Source: Dicyema japonicum (taxonomy: Eukaryota > Animalia > Dicyemida). From it: 64,000 bases of DNA. The translations under genes were made by a program, and so were the position numbers. This document shows, one piece after another, positions 25,436-38,340 of this stretch. Location of the stretch: assembly GCA_011109175.1 (NCBI GenBank), contig RDEW01000038.1:367155-431154 (forward strand). The letters are read 5' to 3'. Below the pieces are notes generated by a model. That model made no database searches and was not told where the DNA came from. It saw only the letters and a program-made list of their open reading frames with translations. Position 1 is the first letter of the stretch; each line of letters opens with the position of its first letter.

Positions 25436-26789
25436 ATGTAAATTGCAAACGCAAACCAGATAGCGCAAAAAACGCTTTAAATACGAAAATTTTCCGCTCT
25501 TCTGACGTCAACATATCAAACGGTGGTGATACCGTCTGCCAAAATCAGCAGATTGTTGGACAATCGATCTCCAAAGTGATTAGTTGTACTCCAGAATATC
25601 TGTCTAACCGCCAAGTTAGCTGTGGTTAGAACTTTAAGATTCGATGGAGTTCCCGCCAAAACATTCTTTGATGGTTGGATTATTTTAATCTTTTGGCTCA
25701 AAATTAATCTTTTTAATTACTTGTGTTTAATAGCAGTCGTTACTTGGCAATTGTGAGATTTTTATCAAAGCAATTAGTTTTAGCATTTAAAGTTATGTGC
25801 GGTTAAATTCTTTCACTCAGACTATTTAAATATTTCGGCACAAAACAATTATTATTTTTCTATAACCGAAAAATAATTTTTCAACCCTTAAATTATTAAT
25901 TTACCATGGGGATAATATTTCACTTTTTTGTTGATTAAAGGGCATGATGCTGTCATCCTTCGTGGATTGGCTTACGTCAAAGAGCCTTACAAACCGCACT
26001 TTTGTGTGTAAAGCCTTGAAGTTTCCGAAATGAAAGCCATTACCGACTCAATTCGACTTTGGTAATTCAAGTGGATTTGATGTCTCAAACTGGCGGTTTT
26101 TACCAACCTTGGTAGTTAAGGGTGATACATGGCTGACGTCCTGATCTTATATCAAACTGGAAGAGCAATAGAGTTTGATTATTCACTTTTTCCAATTTAT
26201 GCTAATCACTTCCTCAAGTTATGTAAGATCTTAATTAGCACTTTAAAATAATTCTGACGAGGCTTGAAATGAGATTGAATTATCACTAAATAATTATAAT
26301 TTATCAACTAAATGCTAATAACTAATGAAAATTTATTAATAATTTTAAGTGATTTTCTTGATTAAAATATTTTTCCATTTGTCTCAAAAGACCCATTTAC
26401 AATTTTGAAGACCAAAAGTATTATAAATTTATTAAAACATGGCGTGTCTAGAATTTGATAGCCTCTTGTTTGTTTCCTTTACTTACAATCACTGGGAACT
26501 TACCTTTTTTTCTTCTGCTAAGATCCCAAAAGAGTTCTAATCTCCTCAATCGGGTCGGTGTGAGCTGATTAGGCGACTGAATCTGAATTTTTGGTCAAAT
26601 TGGATCGTCTTAAAATAATTTCTGGTCATTCAATCGATCCCTTATGTTTGTAGCGGAAATTGTTGCTGTCATTGAGATCTTTAAAAAAGATCTGACAATA
26701 GGTCCCACTAGAGACAATAATTACTTTTGACAATTATTCATACTGTTGATTCAATTGCTCATCAAAATTTGTCTTACTCATAGCTTGAG

Positions 26790-27055
26790 ACACCAGTCAT
26801 TTATATGCTTACAAAGTAATTATAGAGGGCCATTAAAATGGTCTCCCAATCACTTATGTGCTTACATGGGAATTATAGTGGGTCATTAAAACTAGTCTCC
26901 CCCATAGTTTGAAATAACAGTCATTTATGCACTTATATAGGAATTATAAGGGGTGATTAAACTGGTCTCTGTAATAGCTTAAGACAGTCAATTAATCATA
27001 AATGACTCTGAAGACTCGTCTTGTTCATGTAAGAATTATAGGGATCATTAAAGTC
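26790..27055. repeat. degenerate ~55-70-bp minisatellite
   Basis: About four copies of the core cagtcatttat...gaattatagngggtcattaaa...gtctc. Confidence 0.6.
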
Positions 27056-28459
27056 ATTATCTTATCTCAAGCACCCAATCTATTAAACTCCTTAGGATAT
27101 TGAGTGTAGTTTACTGAGTGAAATATAAGAGGCAAAGAACAATAGTGTTATCACAATGAAAATAATACGTGTTAGTGATTGCTGTGATATTGATTAATCA
27201 GACTGAAATATAATTAATAATCACCGATCAAATGGTTGGTCTCTAACATAAATTACAATTAAATGACTCTTAGAACAATTGAGTTTCTCTTAACTGGATT
27301 TTCATACGACGCCTAGAAATTATGAGAATTTTTTACTTTTATTTATCAAAGTATCCCAATCCCGATATTATTGAACAATTAAACAGAAGTTTTATGAACA
27401 CTTCCTTCTCTGATTTCCTGGGGCTTGACCGCGGGGATCGGAAGAGACCTGATGGGAGACATGGAAAGGGTATGAGGTGTGTGGAAGATCTCTCTTGGCT
27501 TACTCATTCTGACTCACCAAATTCCCAGTCTGCCGAACGGAAAAAACTAAAGAAGTAATCACCACCAATCACTTCGAAAACTCTAGAACGATTGGAAGAA
27601 TTATTAAGGGGGTCATCAATTAAATTGGAAATACGACGCGACTCAGAGAGAGAACGGAGATGTTTTCATGACTCCTTGATGAAGAAAACAAAGAACGAGT
27701 CAAAATGGAAGACTCAGTTAACTGAAAAATATTTGGTCACTTCAGAGAGATAAACCCAGAGAGAACAAAAAGCTCGAAATCTCGGAGTCAAAGACAATAC
27801 TCTGCAGATAATTGAATTAAAGACTATTCTATCGAAGGCTTGATTCCTCTATGTGCATCACTCGTGTTGAAGACAGTGACGAGGGGGAGTGCTTGCGATA
27901 TTAATCCAATGGTGGAAAAAGACAATGCAAGGCATGTTAAAAGGGTCACTGGTGAAATTTCAGATGAATTCCTAGGATTTATTGATTCTCTCCCAAACTT
28001 TTCACTGTGTTAATGAACAGATCTCTCAATATGCTGAAGTGTTCCGGATTACCTCTAAGGACTTATATAAATTTTAGGTCAATCACACGCACTTCCCCAT
28101 ATCTGGGAGAATTCATTGACCATGCCAATTTTAAAGGCAGCATAACCGAATGATGACCCATCTTATCGCACTTTCGACATAACGCATGTTATCCTGTTCT
28201 AACGCGAATCTCCCTTGCTTTGGCAATCCCGCGTTCCAGTATGGTTTTAGAGCAGGTCATCTACCACGATTCAAATGACTCTCCAGATTTGACTATTTGT
28301 TCTGGTTGAATTTTTCGTGTCAAAGAAAACATTTTGGAAGGTGATATGATGGCAAAACTCTCAGTCCATTGAGGATTAAAAAGACGTTTTCTATCGGTTA
28401 CTTATTTTCTTATTTATAGACATAATTGAAGAGCTACAAACAGAATTTATGATTAAGCG

Positions 28460-28660
28460 AGTTAGGTTAGTTAAGTAACCCCCTCACTAACTTGTAGGAT
28501 GCCAGCAGCTATTAAATAGGACGCAGCATATGTTGGTCACTCCCATAGATCGGTCAGTCCCGGAATTGTAGACAAACGTTGTGCTAATTTATGACATTCA
28601 AATAGGCATTTTGTTGTCAACACGTAGAGGTTGAAAGGGACAGAGGATATCGTATGTTGA
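28460..28660 (-). mobile_element. Vingi-like LINE 3' end
   Basis: Alignable by eye with 58492-58690; (CTAA)n-type tail. Confidence 0.7.
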
Positions 28661-28723
28661 TAGATAGGGGTGGTGCCCACCTTTTCAACGATTAAGATTT
28701 TTAATAATAATAACACCAGAGAC

Positions 28724-29178
28724 GAGGTGTCGTCACCACTTCTATTGCACTATGTCTTATTCGTATTCCTTACCGATTTCTCCGTTCACTCTGGGATCTT
28801 TCAATTGCAGAGGACTTGTTCAACCTTACAAGAAACACCAACTAGTATGCGATCTAACTAAATATGACGTCTCTGTCTGCTGTCTACAAGAGACAAAAAT
28901 GACCGTACAATGTACAGAACTGTTTGGAAAATTCTATCTTTTTATCCTCCCGTCGGCCTGCCAACATTATGGTCTCGGATTTGCAGTCCATCAGAACCTG
29001 ATTCACTACGTTACAAGGGGGTGGACAACATCTTATATTATAATGGAAATGGCGGACGACCTGGACTACCTAAGAGAACTAGTGCGCAACAGAAGATCAT
29101 GGTCGAAGCTAACAGAGAAGATGGTTTGGAATACGGCACAAGGGAAACTTAACTAATTTTATGTTTTCTCGGGAGTGC
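28724..29178 (+). mobile_element. internally deleted mini-RTE with direct flanking repeat
   Basis: APE N-terminus (GSFNCRGL...CCLQETK) fused to the RTE C-terminus (DDLDYLRELVRNRRSW); 26-bp direct repeat at 28698-28723 and 29179-29204. Confidence 0.75.
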
Positions 29179-29786
29179 TTTTTAATAATAATAACACCAG
29201 AGACCACGGTTACACGAACTGACTAATTACATGATCCTAGCATGCTTAGCAGGGACCTCACCTTGGCCTGATGCTCCTCCCTCGACCCCACACAAGCACG
29301 CATCGGTCGAGTGACTGGGTCTTCGCAGTCACGACGGTGCGTACCATGATTTATTCATATCAGGGCTTCAAGTCGAAATGGTGGCTAGAACTCTCCAGAA
29401 ATCCAGTGTTCCGTGATTTTGGAGGTTCTTTTCCGACTAGCCTCGATCTTCAAGATATTCGTCCAAGAAATAAATGGACCCCATATACCACATGCATAAG
29501 AGATGCATGATTCAATGAATTGTTTATAATAGTGCTCAAAACAGAATGCTTTTCGATCTTCCATAACCCTGTGAGGCATTTCAGAACATTAGTTTTCTTT
29601 TAGCGTTTTCAACATGGGGAGAGAATGACATATGCATGTCAAAAGTCACCCCAAGGATCCTTTGGGATTTTCTGAAAGGAATAGCTTCATCGTTTGCCTT
29701 CAGTTCAACAGTCTGTCATCCCAGTCTCTTGTCTGAACTAAATAGGGTTCTAAAACTTTTAGTAAGAAAGAAACTAGAGTAAACGG

Positions 29787-31265
29787 TTATATAGAGGCTG
29801 CCCTGACTGCGTGGCTATTCCCTCTCAGAATAGCGAGTGAGATTCCCTCAAATAGCCAGCAGCGCTCACAAGGGTCTCCTTTTCGTGCAGCAATTTGATT
29901 CCCTAGACGACTCAAGAATTCCAGGCGCAAAGGAACCAGAAGTCTCAACGGCGAGTAGAGCAAACAAAAAATCCTTGGGTAGGCAAGCTTCCATAAGGCT
30001 GGAATATAATTTTTGTTAATAGAGTAGTTGAACATTCTCGTTAATGCAGCGATTCTATAGTCGCCCAGATTCTTTAGTAGGATCATCGGGATCTTATCCG
30101 GTCCGTTATAATAGGTTGTTTTAATGGCTTTCAATGCATATCTCACGTCGTTTTCAGTGAAGTGAATCGTATCAGGGTCCTTTTTCGGTTTACTGAGATA
30201 TTTCGGGGATACATCCGACTTCTTATGGTCTTTATGGGATATTTTCACATAGTATTTTATTAGGTTGTTTAAGTCCTTTTGTCTGTGATCTACCGCAGAC
30301 GATCTTTTATCAGCTCTTGAGGCGTCTCAGATGGTCTTCCATATTTCAGTAGTGGGTCTATTTCTATTCAAAGAGGAGAACACATGCTTCCATCTTGATG
30401 TTTGTGCTTTTACCTCTCTGTTTTTTAGTTCATTGTTCAAAGCCTTCAGTAGTTAGTCCGTCAGACTTTTCAAGTTGGTTTCTTTCCTTGGTTAATGCCG
30501 ATTTGCCATATCCCCTGGTGTTTAGGTACAGATTGTAATCCAAGATAGTGCGGTTTACATAAGCGACTACTTTGTCCATGGAAGTAAAGCCTCCAGGTAC
30601 TGCAGTAGGTTGTCAGTAAGTGTACGATAAAGTCTCCAGTCTGCGCGTTTGTAGTTGAATTGTTCTGGGGACCTCCTCCTAGTTGACGTTTTTCTCTTGA
30701 TCTTCAAAAGGATGACATTTTGGTCACTTCTTGAGTTGTAAGTGACTGACCATGTCGATATTGCCGCCAGGCCGAAAGAACAAGAAGTTAGTTGGTATGA
30801 CTCCCTGAAGGGGGTTCTCGTATGTTTTGACGGGTCATTCATGACCGTGAAAGGTCCTGTCTGCGAAATTAGTACTTTTCCTCTCGAGTCGGACGGTTGA
30901 CTTGCCAGCCATCAAGGGTGTTTGGTGTTGATATCCCCGCCAATGATCACGTCGTTCAAGGAAGCCAAAGTAGATAAATTGGGCATATTGTAGTGCTTCG
31001 GGCAAGAACCAGGTGGGGGCACATAGACGTTCACAAATGTAATTTTTCCATTTGTTGTTTCAAGTGAGACTGCATTGACTTCAGTAACATCGTCGTCTCC
31101 AAAGATATTATCAACCATTGAAGTGATGTCCACACATTTAAGGTCTTTCCGATATAAAATGAGTAGACCACCATCCCTTCCTCTTCCGGTCAGTCCGTAT
31201 TGACTTGTATCCAGGGAACACCGGGGCACCACAATCCAAAGAATTACAGTACTTCTATGTTGCAA
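29787..31265 (-). mobile_element. APE-LINE fragment joined to a CRE 3' end
   Basis: APE (NVYVPP, GGDINTKH) at 30912-31265, RT start (GPDKIP) at 30000-30250 and CRE terminus (SLAILRGNSHAVRA) at 29787-30000. Confidence 0.7.
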
Positions 31266-31269
31266 TTAT

Positions 31270-31995
31270 GAGGGTGAAAAACTTGAACCCTTGATTATTG
31301 GGAAATATAATAAACCTCGCTGTTTCAAAAATTTCGATGTTGAAGATTCTGGTGTTTTATAAAAAAAGAAGTGAAGATCATTCCTTGGTTCTACGATTAG
31401 TTAATTTAACTGTTCTTTACTTAAATAAAGCCATTAGATATGGGGATCATAAAAATATTCAAAAACTATTACTCAAATTTTTATGTCTTCAGGACATCGA
31501 AAGTGATCTTAACGTCTTTCAAAACTAAACCTTCGAAATGCTGGTTTCAAAAAGTTGGAATGAAGTAATAGAAATTTCAATCACAGATTGTTGGAAACAA
31601 ATTGAAAAAAATCGTGATGTCTTAAATATTGATGATCGCCCAACTGATGAAATATTAACCGAAGCTGATGATGAAAAAACTATTGAATGCGACACTTTTA
31701 TCTATAATGGAGATATAGCTGAATACGAGGACGTGACAGAGAAACAAATTCTGGAAACTTTGAATACTCTAAAACAGAACATTTCCTGCATAACATTAAA
31801 GTCATTAAAAATACTACGAATACCGAATGACAGTAATGAGAATCCGAAATGGTTACAAAATTGGAGGGAAAATAACCGATTACTTTGTTAAAGAGCGACT
31901 TGATAGATATAAAATAAAATCTCTTATTTTTACATTTATATGGTTTAAAATAAAATATTTTAGAATAGAAAAAACAATAACCCCTGTTTTCGGGG
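31270..31995 (+). mobile_element. Tigger/pogo transposase 3' fragment with internal deletion
   Basis: KLEPLIIGKYNKPRCFKN and SWNEV...DCWK motifs; GC-rich terminal motif near 31981-32005. Confidence 0.6.
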
Positions 31996-32066
31996 CACCC
32001 CCGGTTACACTCTACATGGATTTATGCAAAATATCATATATACACTTCTCTCTCCTATTATCTATT

Positions 32067-33960
32067 CATGTCTGTTTTTTATGATGTACTACACCAAGAC
32101 ACCTCATGCAAAGGGTGCAGAGTATCCAATTCTCGCAAGTGCGGGATTCGATGTTCTGTATGTGTTGGTTACTACCACATAGGTTGTGAAAAACTATCCA
32201 AGAAAATTGCCCGATCACTTCCCTCGTGGTCGTGCCGGTCGTGCCGACTGGAACTCACTAAAATTGAACCTCATGATCATTTTGTGTCATCATCATCTGT
32301 ATCAGATCTTCTGGAAGCCATGTCTCCGGAGGATTTTCTGGTTTTATTATCAAACACGCGACAAAAGAAGATTATCCCTGTGAGGATCCCCAAGGCTTCC
32401 CGGATCTCAATTGCTTCTGCCTTTTTTTCTTGCATTGAGAAAGCTGTGTCCAATGGCTCGAAAAAAATTGGATGGTTCTTTTCTCTTTCCCTGTCCTGGC
32501 TATGGGGTTAGAGCGTAAGCCTGCCCCATCTTCTCGGAAACCCTCTCTATCCCATGTCCTGAAGAAGCGCGTGAGTGCCTTTATGGATTCATGGGAGTCC
32601 CTGGCTGAAGAATTATTTGTTTCCCCAGTTGATTACTTCCCAAAGTCCAATTCCAAACAATCCAGTATGGCTCCTGAGAGGCTTCGCTCTCGTGTCAGGA
32701 GGAAATTGATGGAGGGCGATCTTACTGCTGCAGTTCGAACTGTTTGTACGGATTCTGACCCAGTGAAAGCCACTCAGGAGACACTCTTTATATTGGGTCA
32801 GAAACATCCTCCATAACCAGAAGACTTTTGTAAACCTGTTCGTCCAGAACAATCTATGCATAATATTTCCACTTCAACCATTTACAACGCTCTTTGTTCT
32901 TTCCGAAGAAGTAGCAGTGGAGGAGTTGACGATCTCAAACCTGGCCATCTGTCAGACTTGGTGTTCCATTCTCTCGGCAGGCCTGGATCGCTATTCTTGG
33001 AGCGAACCCGGGATCTCGTAGCTCGCATGCTTTCCGGAAACGTTTCCGATTTTGGTCGGAATCTCCTCTTTTCGGCGAATCTAACGGGCCTTGGAAAGAA
33101 AGATGGTGGTATTCGCCCCATTGCAATTGGAAACGTATTTCGACGTTTATCCGCAAAAATGGCTTGTCGTATTGTTATCTCCCGAATTTCAGCCGAATTT
33201 TGTCCTTCGCAGCTTGGTGTCGGAATCCTGCCTCAAAACAGCCAGTTGTCACTCGACGGGGGCCTGGATGAACGCTTACCCATCTGCCGAAATTGGAAAC
33301 CTGTTGGATGATGAGGCTGTGAGAATAGCTACCTCGCTTCGTCTTGGTCTTAAATTGTGTGCCGAAAGAAAATGCCGCTGTGGACGTTGGATCGATCCTT
33401 TTGGTTATCATCCCTTGTCATGCAAGATGAGTGCGGGTCGTTTCCTCAGGCACTCCTGTCTTAACATGACATTAAAGAATTCCCTTGCCTCTGCTGGACA
33501 CCATTGCCTGTTAGAACCTGCTGGTCTTTCCCGAAACGATGGAAAACGCCCTGATGGGATGACGACTTTTCCATTCGCCAACGGACGAAACCTGATTTGG
33601 AACGCGACGTGTGTTGATACTTATTCCCCGTCTAATTTGGTTGCTTCTGCTTCAGACCCAGGACATGCTTAAAAGCAGGCCGAGGAACGAAAGAGGAGGA
33701 AGTACTAGAGAATTTCGGAGGAGTATCTTTTTGTTCCATTCGCGGTGGAAACGTCAGGAATCCTTGGCCCCCAAGCAGATGAGTTGGTTCGTAAGATCGG
33801 CTCCATGATTCAAGCTGTGACCAAGGATCCGCGAGAGACTGGTTGGTTCCGAGAACGTATCTCGTTGGCTATTGTTAGGGGAAATAGCATGGCCATTCAG
33901 ATGCCTTAATTTAATTTTTATTCATTTGATAATAAAATTTCTTCTAACTATAAAAAAAAA
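32067..33960 (+). mobile_element. second CRE element (PHD...RLE) with most of the RT deleted
   Basis: PHD CKGC...CSVC..YHIGC...WSCRSC; GIRPIAIG and QLGVG jump directly to GAWMNAYP; RPDG; terminus SLAIVRGNS; poly-A. Confidence 0.85.
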
Positions 33961-34289
33961 TTTAAAAGAAGGTAATTAAACTTACATTAAACGTCAACAT
34001 CATTGACATCAAGGTCATTTAACCGATGAATATAATTTCATAGAGAACAGCTCCATATATCAATTAGATCTCTAATATATAACTTCACACTTTTTATGAA
34101 AATGAAATTTCGACCTCTTCTCGGGACAAGACCTTGTGATCTCTAACCTGCCCTTTAGGTATGTTTTAGTCAATTTAAATTTAATTGGACCGTTCTTTTA
34201 AATTTCCAAAGTCCCATGGGATACCTGTGTGGATAGCTTCTCTCTCAGACCTTGCTGTGACATTTATTATTATTAATAGCACTTTCGAA

Positions 34290-34850
34290 GAACCAAAAAT
34301 GTAATTTATTTAATTAAGGTTCCGCTTGTGCCGTATTTTTCTTTAGGTTATTTTTTTCCCACTATTCTCTTGACCAACTTCCTCCATCCTCCGCGGTTAC
34401 AGGCAGTTATTCCGAGCGTATCCAGATCATCTCCAGTTTTCAGCTTTCGTCCTACATTGGTCAGGTCCTTGTGTAGAATCTCTGGCAAAGTTATGCGAGG
34501 TCTTCCACGGAACGAGATATTCACTTCTGGGCAGAAATAGTTATCCATTGCTATTTTGGCAGGCGTCATCTGGCTCATTCGAAGGATGTGACCAAACAGA
34601 CGCCATCTTGATTCCAGGATATCCAGACTCGATGGTCTTGTATTACATACTTTGTATAGATTTTTGTTTGTAATTTTTTTCCGGCCAGTCGATGCCAAGC
34701 AACAGTCGGGGTTGCTTACGATGGAAGGCATCTAGTTTGTCCATTACCGCTTCTGAAACACCCCAGGTTGCAGCGTTGTACATTAGGACTGGTTTCACGA
34801 AGGCATTGTATAGTCTCACACGTAGTTGTGTGCTAATTTGTTTGCTGTGA
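34290..34850 (-). mobile_element. 5'-truncated RTE
   Basis: RLYNAFVKPVL, RWRLFGHILR and RGRPRITL motifs; AAT tail. Confidence 0.8.
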
Positions 34851-35049
34851 CATTTATTTATTTAATAACCCCGAAAAGGGAACACCAAGAAAGAAGGAGT
34901 AAACCAACTAATTAAGTGATGTCGGTACGCCTCAACAGGACATTAACTAACCCAGACTTAGCCTCGGAAAAGACTGACCCTAAAAATAAATACGAATGTC
35001 TCGATGGACAGTTCATTTTTGAACCAGTGGCAAACATCAGGACTTATAA

Positions 35050-35495
35050 GAAACAGTTCACTGACCTTAACTTCGTGAAGGTGCTCGTCTCAAAATTTAA
35101 AGAATCCTCAAACCGGTCACTATCCACATTGTACATCCAATTCACAGAACCAACTATAAATTATGGATGTGTAGTTTGGGGAACAAAACTTGCCAGAAAA
35201 ACATGGATATGATCAACTCCGCTCAATCCAGTATGACCAACACAATCTATCGAATCACAGGACTACCAATAAAGGCAACCCCATTTGAGGTCCTTGTGAG
35301 GGAGTCGGGCGGGATATTTACCCGAAATGGTAAACCTCCAGAAGAACGGTGTTTTCGAGAATGCGTCGATTCCCGAAAGCAACGCCGGGAAAAGATGAGA
35401 ATATTGCTGAGAGAAGCCGGTATCACCTGACGGCGTTTTTCCTTTTAATTAGTTTACATGGTGATTTTTGGCTTAATAATAATAACCTTGAGTAT
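35050..35495 (+). mobile_element. 5'-truncated LINE C-terminus
   Basis: LYIQFTEPTINYGCVVW...RITGLPIKATP; (AAT)n tail at ~35475-35495. Confidence 0.55.
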
Positions 35496-37194
35496 TTATA
35501 GTGTCCACAATAATCCCCCTATTACGAATTATTAATAATCAACTTTAACGTTGACGGTATCTCCCCAAATAGTATAAAATAGTTTGTGATTTCCAACAAC
35601 TGCAACTTCAAAATAAATAAGTTGAATGCAATCTAATTAACATAAAAACACAACCCTCCCGATAAGGAGTATTGCCTCAAACTTAGGCAGAACTCACACT
35701 TTATTTTAAGAAGTAAGAACAGTAATGCTAATTAATCCAGGCATTTCCAATAGACTTATCGTCCTTTTCTTTGTGTGTGAGTTCTAGAAGAAAATCCAGA
35801 TCCTCAGTGCTGAACGGTGTCACTCGTCAACCCCGGAGCATAACCTTCAACCGAATGGACAGCAGTAAGATTGGAACTATGGACTTCATGATTTTGGTCT
35901 GGAACTTATCACACTGAGCCATCAAATCGACAAGGGTAAAATAAAATTGGTAAACGTTGATTAGAACCGAGGGATGCACTCGTGCAATCATGAGAACTAT
36001 GTTCTATGGCCTAATACTTGATGTGTGGACTTGAGGGAGGAGCAACGGGCCAAGATAAGGTCAGCTTGTCATGATCACGTGATTAGTTTGGTTTCACAGT
36101 GGTCTGTAAATTGAATTCATTTATGTACTTTGAGATGTTAATGACATTATTAAAGGGAGGCCCGTTAGAGTTAAAATATTACAGACACCAGCATAAAGGG
36201 GGAAATAATGACTGCGAATCCGGGTCGTACCCTTCCACAATGTAACTCATAGACATTTATAATAATTATTCTGTCACTCATACACCACTTCGGTGTACTT
36301 CAGAAGGCAATTTAAGATGGAAAGCAAATCAGGGTCCATAATGGTTTGAATTGCTGAGTAAACATGTTAGGCGATATTTTCCATGGTTCTCATTGCGACT
36401 CCTGTAATCTTGGTTTCTTGTAGACCACCGATGGAGAATTTTATCTCTCACAATCTTCACAAAGCATTATCCTTGACCACAGTTTAGAGATTCCTCTAGA
36501 TATGAATGTAGTCAGGTCCTTTTCGAACATTGTGTTTTCCATAAAAAAACTACTCATTTATTACTCATTAGGTAAGCTCATGTTCTCGTACAAATATAGG
36601 CCTGTTCGGAGAAAAACTAAAAAAACTGGACTCTTTTCACCCCGCACAACAGAGACGAATGTTGTCCTCCATTTTGTGATAGAACCTGATTGACAGAAAA
36701 TCTAGATTCCAGATATTCCACATAAATCGTCACCAGTACAATTTCTGAATGTATTAAACGGCGTGAGTACCTTCTAACTTGTTAATTAATTGGTTCATCT
36801 CGATGGATTGATTCCAAGCATTTACTCTTCCATCAAGTCTCAATTATTTTTTACTTCAATGAACATTTTGCTATGATAATTTACAACTTGAAATCAGTTG
36901 TGAAAAAGTTGGCATAAATTTTATAAACTTTTTCAGTAATCTTAGAGAAACGGAAGATGATCTCCGACACCCACAAACAAGTCTTGTAAGTTTTTAGTGT
37001 TCAGCTTTTGAATTCAAACCTTAGTGACCTTATTGATGCTGGAGTTGGTAGATTGAATAATTTTTTTTAATTTATTGTACCAAATTAAGAAAATAAAGTA
37101 TTTTTACAGTGGCACCTGTGAAATAATAATAAAAATGGTACACCTGTTAGTTTGAGATGTTTATAGACGAGCCAAGTGAAACAATTTAATTTAT

Positions 37195-38340
37195 TAACCC
37201 AGAAATCACGAAAAAGAGGATAGAGTTATTGTCTAATTAAGTGATCCCGGAGTCCATACCAGTCCTTTTCCTGCGGTTTTTTTACCCCAAGATCACCGGA
37301 TTAGAAAAAGTTCTAGATAGTCAGATATAGAGTGAAAGCGGACAGCCGGTTTTTATTGCCCACTGTAGAAATGACTTCACTCTCCACCTTAGGTGTTCTT
37401 TAACATTCAATACGTTATCCACAGTTTTCTTATTTATTATTTTCAAGGCAGCAAGTTGTGCGGCTTCTAATTTTTGAGACGACGATTCAGAAATCATCGA
37501 GCTCCAGGAGGGACATGCGTATTCGATTACTGGCAGTATGTATTGTCTGTAAATTTTCTGTAGTAAGAAGGTGTTGTGCCCGATTGGTGATCGGGACAAA
37601 ATTTTCAATATGTTGGTCCTCCTCCTGACTTTGGTAATAACGTCATTGACATGTTGGCCGAATGTCAGGAGAGTATCCAACTTTAATCCTAGTATTGTTG
37701 GAGACTTATAGGAATTTCATATCCAAACAATTTGATTTTGGGAGAGTATAATGATCTTCTATATGTAGAGAAAATTGTTATAAACGACTTTCCTGTAGAA
37801 ACTTCCAGTCGATTTGATGTGAGCCAATGTTCCAGCATACTAATATAACTTTGAAGTTTTATCCCTGTCTTCTCATAGTTAGCGTCTCTCGTGAAAGAAC
37901 AATGTCATCTGCGTATGAGAGTATTAATGTATCGGGATCGTGTTGGTGGGAAGGTCATTGGTGTACAGGTTAAGAGCAGGGGAGAGAGAGGTGAACCTTG
38001 AGGGACACCATTCGGCAATAAACGGGATTTAGATTTTCTGTTGTCTGACATCACTTGTCCTCTTCTTCCACTTAAAAAGTTCGACAGCCATCTTTTAATG
38101 TTTGGATTTATAAGAGTGTTAGAAATTTTCTCTATAAGCAGCGTCCGGGAAACGGAGTCGAATGCTTTCTTCAAGTCTATTGAAGCCATTATGGTCCTTT
38201 TATGTGGTTTTGGATAAGAGAATCCATCAGATATATATTGATTTAATTTTGTTAAGTGAGTCGTAGTAGAATGATTTTCACCGAATCCATGCTGGAATAC
38301 TCGATTTGGTACAATATTTTTCATTCGTGTTAAAAATAAT
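37195..38340 (-). mobile_element. Ingi/Vingi-like LINE, RT to 3' end
   Basis: QHGF..NHSTTTHL...GFSYPKPHKRTIMASIDLKKAFD, GVPQGSPLSP and YADD; C-terminal YILPVIEYACPSW. Confidence 0.8.

Noticed and set aside
34865-35495. Twin-priming 5' inversion
   Set aside because: The plus-strand segment has its own 3' UTR and (AAT)n tail, so these are two separate back-to-back insertions.
36860-37070. Small two-intron gene model
   Set aside because: Only ~49 aa, needs a 19-nt intron and has no recognisable homology.
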